The notes under the pieces are model-generated. The model did not search any database, was not told where the DNA came from, and saw nothing but the letters and a program-made list of their open reading frames with translations. A DNA stretch of 64,000 nucleotides from Azolla caroliniana. Lineage: Eukaryota; Plantae; Polypodiophyta. The stretch is taken from the NCBI GenBank assembly GCA_043228905.1, contig JBHGNT010000004.1, forward strand, positions 15,748,001 to 15,812,000, read 5' to 3'. A program made the position numbers and the translations under genes. Positions 16,954 through 27,950 of this stretch are shown piece by piece; position 1 is the first letter of the stretch, and each line of letters starts with the position of its first letter.

Positions 16954-17984
16954 GGGGGAGATAGTGTCATGGCAAGACTCGAACCCATGACTTTATGCTA
17001 CATGGGTCGAGCTCTTACCATTAGATTATGAATTGTATTTTGTAGGATATTATTTTCATTTATACTTTATCATAGAAAATTGATGTATATTCCAGATCTC
17101 TCTGGAACATTCTAGAAGCTTCAGGATTATTCCTAAAAACACTATAAAAGGAGGCACAAGGCATTGTTTTGAACCAAATTGGTTCAACGCCAGTCTTAAG
17201 CCTCTTAGCCGCTTGTACTTATCTTTTCACATAATATATAACTGCTGTCATCATCTCTCTCTCTCTCTCATTCTCGCTATCTCTCTCTCTCTCCTCTTCT
17301 CACTTCCTCTCTCGGGAATCTTACGCAGTCCCGTCCTCTTAGTACTAATAGTACTGCTGTTCTTAGTACTAATTCCATCTCTGTTTTAGTACTATTCCTG
17401 ACACTTTCTCTCTTCAGTGTTCATACTGGATCCAGCTGAACTCCTTCCGGATCCATCCAATCCAGCTTCCTCCTCCGGATCCTTGAATCCTACTCGATTG
17501 GTTCCCATCCCGAGGGACTGATATCTCAACAATCTCCCCCTTCCCTCTGGATGGGGTCATTGTCAACTTGATCCGTCTCCGGCACGAGTCAAGTTTGTTA
17601 GCTGTTAGCACCTTGGTAAGCATATCCAACCCATTCTCCTCTATCTAGATCTTCACGAGAGTGAAGTCTTGGTCTTCTACTCTCTCTAGAAGCCAGTAGT
17701 ATCTTTGCTGAATATGCTTCATCCTAGAGTGGTAGGCCGCGTTTTTAGCAAGGTGGATGGCGCTTGAGTTTCACAATGTTAAGTAATTAGGTAATTAACT
17801 AGGGTTAATTAGAGACTAATTATATGGTTACGTTAAGCAGCGGAAGATTAGTATGATATGCATGTGAGAGTGTGTGAGAGGAAGAGAGAGAGAGAGGAAG
17901 TTACACTTGAACACGAAGATAAATGGGGGATGATTGACTATATTGAAAAGTGTCATCAACATACAAAAATACCCACAATGAGGT

Positions 17985-18063
17985 TGTAATAACAAATAGC
18001 GTGTGGAAGCAATAAAAAAGCAAAAAACAGAGAACAGGTTTAATGGAGAGCTTAACAATATGC

Positions 18064-18099
<36 letters not shown>

Positions 18100-19245
18100 A
18101 AGAATCTCTCTTCAAAAATTATATCAACGCTCTGTACATCGTATGTGTTCAACGAACACTTTTATACAGGTCCATATGGACTGACAGAAGTACGGTGTAC
18201 TTCAATGCTCACTCGAGCGTCTAACACTAACTACGAGAGTAATAACTCCCTAGTAGTCTAGCTGCTACTAGGCTTCTGGTTATTGATGGATCCGGCTAAC
18301 CGGCTCCCCAGCTTACCGGCTCTTTTGCTCAATGGGTGCTCACCGGCTCACCGATCCGTCTCGCTCACCGGCTCGGGCTTATCCAGCCGATCCGGCTCCA
18401 ATTGAGCTTTTCGCTCAACACTCCCCCTCAAGCTCAACTTGAGGTCCGGTCGTAGTGTCAACGTCCCGGCATCTCGGATGTGGCTCAGCAGCTGGTCTCC
18501 GACACTCGACGCAAAGCAGTACATCACTCTACTTGCCGATTGTTCCCACACTGGGAAGTCCTTGTGTGCCCCATCAAGTGCTGTGTCGTTAGCTCCGTCG
18601 ACATAGCTCCAATAACCATACCCAAGTAGGTACTCGTGCATCTTGTATGACCAAGATGCATAGTTGGATCTGTCGAGCTTCTCCACCGGAAGCGAGCTAG
18701 TCATTCCTGTATCCATTGTTTTTCTTTTTCTTCTGTTCTTTACAAAGGTTAGGTTTTCTTCTTACGAAAGCGAATGTCGGCTACAGAGGTTCTCAACCCT
18801 GGCGCTCTGATACCATGTAAAAACAAATAGCGTGCGGAAGCAATAAAAAAGTCGAAAACAGAGAACAGGTTTAATGGAGAGCTTAACAATACGCGGGAGA
18901 GAGAGAGAGAGAGAGAGAGAGAACAAGAATCTCTATTCAAAAATTATATCAACGCTCTGTACATCGTATGTGTTCAATGAACACTTTTATACAGGTCCAT
19001 ACGGACTGACAGAAGTACGGTGTAATTCAATGCTCACTCGAGTGTCTAACACTAACTATGAGAGTAATAACTCCCTAGTAGTCTAGCTGCTACTAGGCTT
19101 CCGGTTACTGATGGATCCGGCTAACCGGCTCCCCAGCTCACCGGCTCTTTAGCTCACCGGGTGCTCACCGGCTCACCGATCCGTCTCGCTCACCGGCTTA
19201 GGCTTATCCAACCGATCCGGCTCCAATTGAGCTTGCCGCTCAACA
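17985..19245 (-). mobile_element. TRIM-like miniature Copia derivative (LTRs 17985-18420 and 18816-19245; 395-bp internal region)
   Basis: TSD GAGGT at 17980-17984 and 19246-19250; PBS at 18815-18804; gag N-terminus fused to the 3' end and PPT at 18429-18421. Confidence 0.93.
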
Positions 19246-22200
19246 GAGGTATATATACAACCCATGTGCAAAGGTGCACATGTGTGGGTAGAACATAGGT
19301 ACTTATGTGTAAGTCCTACATTAAATGTACTAAGGAGTGGAGGATCTAGAATATCCCACTTAAGTACAAGGTCCTATTTAAAGGCTTAAGGTCAACACAT
19401 TAACTAGATTCGATCTAGGTAACTACTATGTTACATGTGTTGACTAACTAGATTAAACTAGTTGAGCTTGATACTCAACATGCCCCCTCAAGCTCAAGTG
19501 TGAGGCGTCCAACGTCCGGTTTAGCTTCCTTAGGCTTCGTCGGCATTGGTGCGGCTTGCGGCTTTCTTCGCGGCGTTGTGCGACTTTCTTCGCATCTTCG
19601 TGGCTTTGTTGCGCAGTTCTCTGTGTCTTCGCGGTCTCGTTGCGCGGCTCTCTGCGGCTTTATTGCGCGGCTCTTCACGGCTTATTCTTCCCCTCAAGCC
19701 TGTGATGAAGGCTTGGTTCCTCGGGCTCTTGTTCGGCCACTACCTTCATCGTGAGGGCCTAGTGATGGGCCATATACTCGTTGTAGGCGTAACGAGTGAC
19801 TTGGGTCTTCACTCGTGATGAGCGGCAGAGTTTCTCCTTTGTCGATGTGAGTGCCTTTACTTCGGGTGTCCTCATGATGGGTACACCGAACTCACTGTCG
19901 AGTGAGTGAGCCGAATCATCCGAATCACGGTCGTCGGGGTGGACCTCGACTTCATATTCGGGCATCTTACCTTTGCCTTTGTCCGATGTCGGACTTGGCC
20001 ACGACGTGTTTTCATCGCGTGGAGGCTCTTGTGGGCCAATTAGCTCGGTAGAGCTTGGAATGTCCTTTGGTGGAGGACTTGGCCGAGTTTGTCGTCCGAG
20101 TTGGCGTTCAACTCTTCCTCGATCGGGTCGGATGGAGTCACATCGGGCTTATACCAAGATGCCGTTTCGTCGAAAACGACGTCACGACTTATCCACACCG
20201 CTCAGGTCGAAGGGTTGAAGCACTTGTATGCCTTTCTCGCGGACAAGTATCCTATGAGGATACATTCTTCCAACTTCGCGTCGGGCTTCTCTCGACTTTC
20301 GTTCGGGATGCGTACATTCGCAATGCTTCCAAACACCTTGAGGTGCGAGAGGATGGGCTTCCTTCCGACGAGGAGCTCGTATGGAGTTAGCTCATGGACT
20401 CCATTGGTGGTGCACCGGTTCATGAGATAGACGGTCGTGGATGCCGCTCCGGCCCAATAGAAATTCGGCATGTGCTTCTCATGCATCATGGCGCGTGCTA
20501 CCTCAAGTATTTGCCGATTCTTCCTTTCGGCGACTCCATTTTGTTGGGGAGTGTGTCGGCTGTTATTCCTTCGGGCCAGACAATGGCCTAACACAGGGTG
20601 TCTAGGGAAGAAACTTCACCAAAGGGGTGCTACGGCGAGATAACTTAAGACTCAACGATTAATCAAGCTTTAATTGGTTACTTAGCAATATGGCATTAGA
20701 CTTGATACACGCATATGATAGAACAATTAGCACAGAACGGTAATCAACACTTAAAGATAAAACAAGGAGCTCTATTAATTATCCATCAAAGTTTTACATT
20801 GTAACCGGGCCTTTATATAGGTCACCAGTGCTGAGTACAAAACGGTGCCAACCGGCACCTGTTCGGATCTGGATCGGCATACCGAATCCGGTCCGTTTGT
20901 TCAGGTCTCATAAACTACTTAATTATAATAGATTCTGAATATACAATCCCTTTCTCATTCTGGTCTTTAACTCCTTTGCCGGACGAGTAACACATGGCAT
21001 GCCCGTGGGATAGTACCTTGTACGTCGAATCCCACTATCCGGCCCTTAGACTTCATCCAAGATATCTAGAATACTCTTCTCTAGGGTGTCCAATGGTTCT
21101 TCGGGAATCTATTGTTGTTGCTAGTGTGGATGTTGATGTTGTGGTTGTTGCTGTTGTTGCTCCGACTCCGGATCCTCCGATTGTTGCTCCTTAGATGGCG
21201 TCTGTTTGGCTCCCGGTACCGGCGGTTGTGGCGGTGATTACTCCGTCAGCTGCTCTGCCGGATTTGACTCCGGTAGACTTGCCCCAGCCTTGTCTCCATC
21301 CGGTCCTTGCCCCGGTGATGGCTCCTCATCGCTGAAGTTGACGGTCGCCGCCTGCTTTGCTTCTTCTTGCTGTAGCCTAGTCCGCTCATAGCTTTCAAAC
21401 TTGATTTGAGCATCCAGTCAATCATCGTCCAGCTGTGCTACCAGTTGCCAGACCACTGCTGACTGTTCCTCCGCCAAAGTTACAAAGTCTTCTGCTAACT
21501 CATCTATTATGGCGGTGAAGTCGTCCTTTGTTAGCATGTAGCACTCATCGTCATCCTTCTGCCGGTTTTCCGCGTCCGCCCTTGGCAACTGGAGCTCGGT
21601 TGTGTGCTTTGCCCATTTGTCCCACCATTGCACAGAGCTTTCGTCAATCAAGTATTTTGTCTTGTTCCTCCATGCCTAGACAATGAATTGGATCCGCTCA
21701 AGTCCCATCTTTGATTTGTCCTCCGCGGCTTGCCGTTCTTCCTTCAATTGCTTGATCAGCTTCACTGTGTCCACCTCCTGCTGCCGGTAATGTGACAATT
21801 GGTTTTGGTAGGTGTTCTGCAACCTCTGCAATACCATTGTCGCTCTTTCCTTTTCTTCATAATGATGCTTATGGAGCTCCATACTTTCCTGCGCGGCTTC
21901 TTCTAGTAGCGTTGTTCTTTCAGCCCGTTCTTCAGCTAGCATTGTCTCGGCTCGATGAACTTCCTACCAGAGCTCTACCATCTTCTCCTATTGCTTCTTA
22001 TGCTCCATATCCAGGTGCTTATAGTCCCGGTGCAGGTGCTCAAAATCATCAGTCTTCTGCTTCCGCTTTTGGTTGAGTTGCCGGCAAGCGCAGTCTTCCC
22101 GATCTTTCTGTTGACGGAGTTCTTCTTTAAGTCTCTCAATCTCCATTTCCGCCATCCGTCGCAGCTTATCCTTTTCTTGCAGCACTTTCTCTTTCTCCTC

Positions 22201-23184
22201 CTTAAGCCAGTCATATGCCTGATGTCCTTTCCGCAGATTCTCTTCAGCCCGGCAGAGGTTCTCAGTAGTCTTTCTTTGTTCTTCTTCTGCCGCTTTCTTC
22301 AAGTCCCTTTCTCGGGTGCGTAATGCTTCTTGTGCGGCCAGTTCATCTTTCAATTCAGCAAGCTCTCTCGCTTGCGCCGCCACTATCTCCGGGACTAGTT
22401 CCATGTCCGAGGTCTTATTACTATGTACAGGTGCTAGTGTGTCTTTATTCTGTACATCTATCGGGGTCACCGGTGCTTGGATCTGTGGTCCGGTTAAGGC
22501 CATTTTGGCCAATTCTTTTGCGGCCAGGTCCAAGTCTTGTTCTAGGCTCTGGATCCTCGACCGAGCCGTCTCTAGTTCTCCGGTTGTGACTAGCAACCGG
22601 TCCATGAGCGCTTTCTCCTCCACCTCTATGTAGTGCACCACTCCGACAATCTGTTCTCCAATCCACCGGAGCCATTGGCTGCCGGTGCCCTGTTGTTGCG
22701 TCTGCACGGAGGGTTGGCTATTGGTTCTGCTAGCCAGTGGTCGATCTTGTGCGGTTGCGTCGAGCTGCAACTCTGTATCCGGTTTGTGACCACTTTGCCG
22801 TTCTAGTTCCGGTTGCACCTCTGTTGGTTGCTCCGCCTCTGATTGCTCTTGACCTGCTAGTGAGGAAGGCAACTGTACTACCGGCGCTTGCATTTCGGGT
22901 CTTGCCGTATCCTGACCCGCCGGTGTAGCTTGTTGTGCAGGGAGCTCTATGAACGGTTCTGTCCGAACCATTCTGGTTTCACCCTTGGTGCGGGATACTC
23001 AGTGCGGGGTAGAGGTGTTCCATCCTTCTTCAAGTCCGAATGCTCCCCAGCCTGTTCAGCGGTGCTTGCCTTCTAGTGCCGCTGGAGGTGCTCTAACGGT
23101 TCCTCCTCCGCTTCCTCCTCTTGAGTCCCGATGTTGATTTTTGCTGCCAAGGGGTCCGGCTTTTGTTGAACCGGTCGGTGAAAT

Positions 23185-25328
23185 TGTCACAGACACACCA
23201 AGCGCGGACTAAGACGGAGCACGGATGATGAGGCTACGGCGGAGCGATGATGGAATGACACAAGAGCATAAAGATAGAGATGAAGATTAAGGAGAGAAGA
23301 TGGGCAAAATGAGAACACTAGATTGATATGTCCATGATTGGCGTTGTTCACCTTGAATTCCTTCAAGGTGAACTCAACTATTTATACTAAGTGGCATGCA
23401 TACCTGTTGCATGCATGTGATACAATAGAGCATGTAGGCAGTAGGTACGCATGCATGTGCCAAGTGTAAATAATACAAGGGAGAAATTATGCACATGATG
23501 CTAGCTAAAACCTACAATGAGGAAGTATGTACATGATTATATGTTAGATGTGTGGTTAACACATAACACTCGATTATAACTTGGTCATGTCAAGAGTTCA
23601 AATATTGACATTATCCCCCCTCCAACGATGCCTTCCCAAATCGTTTGTCGACTTTAGGAGATATTGTTGATGAAAATCTTAGATCACCTCAAAAGTATTT
23701 TGTAAATCCTAGACAAGGAGTAACCCTTCCACAAGACGAGGTATTTAACACCAATGGGCATGAGCGACCATGTGTGGTCCTCGTGTAGGACTGGAACACA
23801 AATATCAATGGGTGTGATCGACTATGTGAGGTCCTCATGGGGAGCATGAACACCAAGGGGCATGAGTGACCATGTGGGGTCCTTGCCGAGAACTGGAACG
23901 TTCCTCGCTAAGAGTTGGAACACGAACACCAACGGGCGTAAGCAACCATGTTGTCCTCACCGAGAAATGGAACACGAACGAGTGAGCGACCATGTGGCCC
24001 TCACCGGGAATAGGAACACGAACGAGATTAATCGACCATGTGTGGTCCTCATTGGGAATTGGAACATGAATAACAACGGGCATGAGCGACCATGTCGGTC
24101 CTCACTGGGATCTAGAACACGAACAGTAGTTGGAGTGAGCGACCATGTCGGTCCTCACTGGGATCTAGAACACGAACAATAGTTGGAGTGAGCGACCATG
24201 TGCGGTTGTTACCGGTGACTGAAACACGAACGGGAGTGAGCGACCATGCGGCCCTCACTGGGAACAGGAACACGAACGGGAGTGAGTGGCCATGTGCGGC
24301 CCTCACCGGGAACAGTAAACACGAACGGGCGTGAGCGACCATGCGGCCATCACCGGAAACTCGAACATGAACGTGCATGAGCGATCATGCGGCCCTCACC
24401 GGGAACTCGAACATGAACGGGCGTGAGCGACCATGCGGCCCTCACCGGGAACTGTAACACGAATACCAACGGGAGTGAGTGGCCTTGTGCGGACCTCACC
24501 GGGAACTGGAACACGGCCCTCACCGGGAACTTGAACACGAACGGGCGTGAACGACCATGCGGCCCTCACTGGGAACTGTAACACGAAAACCAACGGGAGT
24601 GAGCGGCCTTGTGCGGCCCTCACTGGGAACTGTAACACGAACACCAACGGGAGTGAGCAGCCTTGTGCGGCCCTCACCGGGAACTGGAACACGAACACGA
24701 ACGGGAAAGAAACTAAAAAATAGAGACAATGATGAGGAGAAACTAAAAGGCAATGAAAATGATGAGAAGAAACTAGGAGATAGAAATGGCGAGGAAGATA
24801 GGAAACGAAGCGATGTTGATGATGGTACGGTGACGATGGTAACTCTAGAAGCAAGGTCGATGACGGAGACGGGTGATGCTTCTAGTTGGAAGGTGAACAA
24901 ACTGTCACGGACACACCAAGCGCGGACTAAGACGGAGCACGGATGATGAGGCTACGACGGAGTGATGACGGAATGACACAAGAGCATAAAGATAGAGATG
25001 AAGATTAAGGAGAGAAGATGGGCAAAATGAGAACACTAGATTGATATGTCCATGATTGGCGTTGTTCACCTTGAATTCCTTCAAGGTGAACTCAACTATT
25101 TATACTAAGTGGCATGCATACCTGTTGCATGCATGTGATACAATAAAGCATGTAGGCAGTAGGTACGCATGCATGTGCCAAGTGTAAATAATACAAGGGA
25201 GAAATTATGCACATGATGCTAGCTAAAACCTACAATGAGGAAGTATGTACATGATTATATGTTAGATATGTGGTTAACACATAACACTTGATTATAACTT
25301 GGTCATGTCAAGAGTTCGAATCTTGACA
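23185..25328 (-). mobile_element. Non-autonomous chromovirus derivative (426-bp LTRs 23185-23610 and 24903-25328)
   Basis: TSD GAAAT at 23180-23184 and 25329-25333; PPT GAGGGGGGATAA; chromodomain remnant VKYLVLWKGY at ~23749-23720; no gag or pol. Confidence 0.92.
23750..24705. repeat. Degenerate ~40-55-bp tandem repeat (GAGCGACCATGCGGCCCTCACCGGGAACTGGAACACGAACGGG-like)
   Basis: About 20 diverged units filling the internal region of the element. Confidence 0.9.
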
Positions 25329-27379
25329 GAAATATGATCTTGATTGGCCGTGCCGGTGGCTCATCTTGCGTTTCCGCCTGCCACTTCCTATTGGCGTGCT
25401 CTTTTGCCACCTTGTCCGTGTCGGCCACCTTCCCTTTGGGTGCCTTAGAGGCCAACAACTGCTGCCATTTTGAAGCCGTTTTCGGGGTGCCTTCGGTTGT
25501 TCTCCCCCGCTTCGTGGTCTTGACGGGCTCGATAGGTGGCGCCAATAGGGTGAGCCATTGCGCCACTGCAGTCCATATTTTCCAACCCTCCTTGCCTCTT
25601 ACAGAGTCGATGGCCACACAGAGGCCATCCGCAATCAGTACCGGCCAGTCCACCTTCACGCCTTCATACGTTGCTATGACTAAGCTAGCTCGGTTCTGAG
25701 GCATGCACGGGGGTCGAGGGTACACATGTCCAAATTCATGAAGCACACGGGCAATCTCTCGAAATAATGTTTCTTCGCCGCCCTGTGTCCTGTAAGCCTT
25801 GCTGGCCAGAGTGTATTCGCCAAAATATTTTCGGAGCTTCTCCGGGGTAGGGTTGTTGATAGTGAAGAGGCCCCCTCCGGAAGGCCAATCAAAGTATGGA
25901 TGGCCTCCTTCGTGATCAGTTCTGTGTCGATATCCTTTACTATCTTCTCCGCCTCCCGGTGCGATGGCGCCTCCATGATCGTGAGGAAACCTTCTAACCC
26001 ATGTTGCCTTAGCCACTTCTTGGCTGCTTTAGAGAGTGTTTGGCAGTTCATGGCTTCTTCGAGGTCAGTGAGTGCTGGTGAGGGATGTGTTTGAGGAGGC
26101 TCTGTGTGCGTGGGCTCGCGTCTGATGATCTTCAATCGCTTGTGTTCATTTGTGCTCCTCTGTTCGTGAAATGTGAAGACCTCCATGCGATGGGAATTTT
26201 CTTGCTGCATGTTGTCGCCTTTTTTTCTTACCCGCGCGTGTGCACATCATGTACTAGAATAGAATGATGTGCCATGTGGCGGCGGTTTAATACTCTATTA
26301 ATAGCCCACTACGTACCTTTTCAAAGTGCTTTTTCCCTCCTTGTTCTTGCATGTGTCTGTTCACACCTCGCCGTTGCATGATTTACTTTGATTTGATTTG
26401 ATTTGATTTTTTTTGTTTATTATTATTTTTAATCAAACTGTTTGGTTAATTCGCATCCGGTCCCACCAGACCCCTATCTGAATTGTGGGACTTGCCGGCC
26501 GTTGGACTGCTTGCCGTTGCGTGGTTCTTGCCGTTTGCCGACTCGTGCTCCCTCTTACCGGCTTCGCGTTTGCTGATTCCTAAAGGTGTTGCCGTCTCTT
26601 CCGACTTACCAGTGTCTGGTTCTGTGTGGGCCTTTACTTGTTCAAATGGGTTTCTTGGCATGGGTCCATTGTATGGTTTGAGTCAGAACCCATTCACCCA
26701 TTTACCCAGAACCTCGCCGGCGAGTGTCCCTTAATGGTAGGAACCGTTGAACTCACGCGTGATCCAGTATGGTCCGGTCCACCAAAACCATAGCTTCCCC
26801 GACATCTTACCCATCCGGGTCTGGAATACTAGTACCGGCTTACCGATTTCGATCATCTTTTCGTTCCCTTTTCGGTGACGATCCAGGAACGCTTTCCTTC
26901 CCCGCTACTCTAGTTCTAGGTGCATGATGCTGGCTAGCCGGTGTTCTTCCAATTCTCACAACGCGGCTAACCGGATCGCTTCCGATTGCTTCTCATTTAG
27001 GCGTTCCCGAATCTGTATTCGTAAACTCGCTACCTGGAACTCGACCCGCATCATTGCCTCCAATCCGAATGCTAGGCGAAACGGTGTTGTGCGGATACTT
27101 GTCTTATATGTCGTTCGATAGGCCCAGAGTGCACTGTGTAGCTTTGTATCCCAATCCGTCCGGTTCTCATTGACGATTTTTTGAAGGATGTTCTGTAGTG
27201 TTTTATTTGTTGACTCGGCTAATCCGTTGGCTTGCGGATAATAGGGAGTGCTCCGTTTGTGCACCACCACATAAAATGTCGTCAAACTTTCCACTATTTA
27301 CCCTAAGAAGTGCCCACCTTGGTCACTTATTAGCTCTATCGAACATCCATACCGACACCAGATGTATTCATATAAATTT

Positions 27380-27950
27380 TTTGTCATGGATGCCGCGGTG
27401 TTGTCGCGTAGTGCTTTGGCTTCCACCCATTTTGTGCAATAATCCATAGCGACAATCACGTACCGGTTGTCGGTTCTCATTGTTGGTGGTTTGAATGGAG
27501 CGACAAAATCCAGCCCCCATTTTTGAAATGGTTCTAACGGTAGCACGGGCTAGTGAGGCATCCTGGCTTGTTCGGTTGGTTGGCCCATTCGCTGACATAA
27601 GTCGCATTCTTTAGCGTACCGGATTGCATCCTTCAATGTTGTTGGCCACTGTTCGGTTGGTTGGCCCATTCGCTGACATAAGTCGCATTCTTTAGTGTAC
27701 CGGACTGCATCCTTCAATGTTATTGGCCACCAGCAATAATCCGGAGCGACAATCATGTACCGGTTGCCGGTTCTCATTACTAGTGGTTTGAATGGAGTGA
27801 CAAAATCCAGCCCCCATTTCTGAAATGGTTCTAACGGTAGCACGGGCTGGTGAGGCATCCTGGCTTGTTCGGTTGGTTGGCCCATTCGCTAACATAAGTC
27901 GCATTCCTTAGTGTACTGAACTGCATCCTTCAATGTTGTTGGCCACCATA
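27380..27950 (-). repeat. Tandem duplications of the integrase zinc-finger segment
   Basis: WPTTLKDA..Y.KECDLCQRMGQPTEQ occurs three times and LPLEPFQKWGLDFV twice. Confidence 0.9.

Larger units (their letters stand above)
9767..17403 (+). mobile_element. Young Ty3/Gypsy chromovirus (Tcn1/Tf1-like) with three 439-bp LTRs (9767-10205, 11843-12281, 16965-17403)
   Basis: TG..CA LTRs differ by only 3-4 nt; TSD CTTTC at 9762-9766 and 17404-17408; PPT AAGGGGGAGATAG at 16952-16964. Confidence 0.95.
21000..26210 (-). pseudogene. Extra 3' ORF of the Gypsy element (unknown N-terminal domain plus long coiled coil), broken by stops and an insertion
   Basis: Sense-strand ORF pieces 26210-25680, 26016-25329, 22971-21988, 21942-21676 and 21651-21418; E/K/Q/R-rich heptad-like composition. 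Confidence 0.6.
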
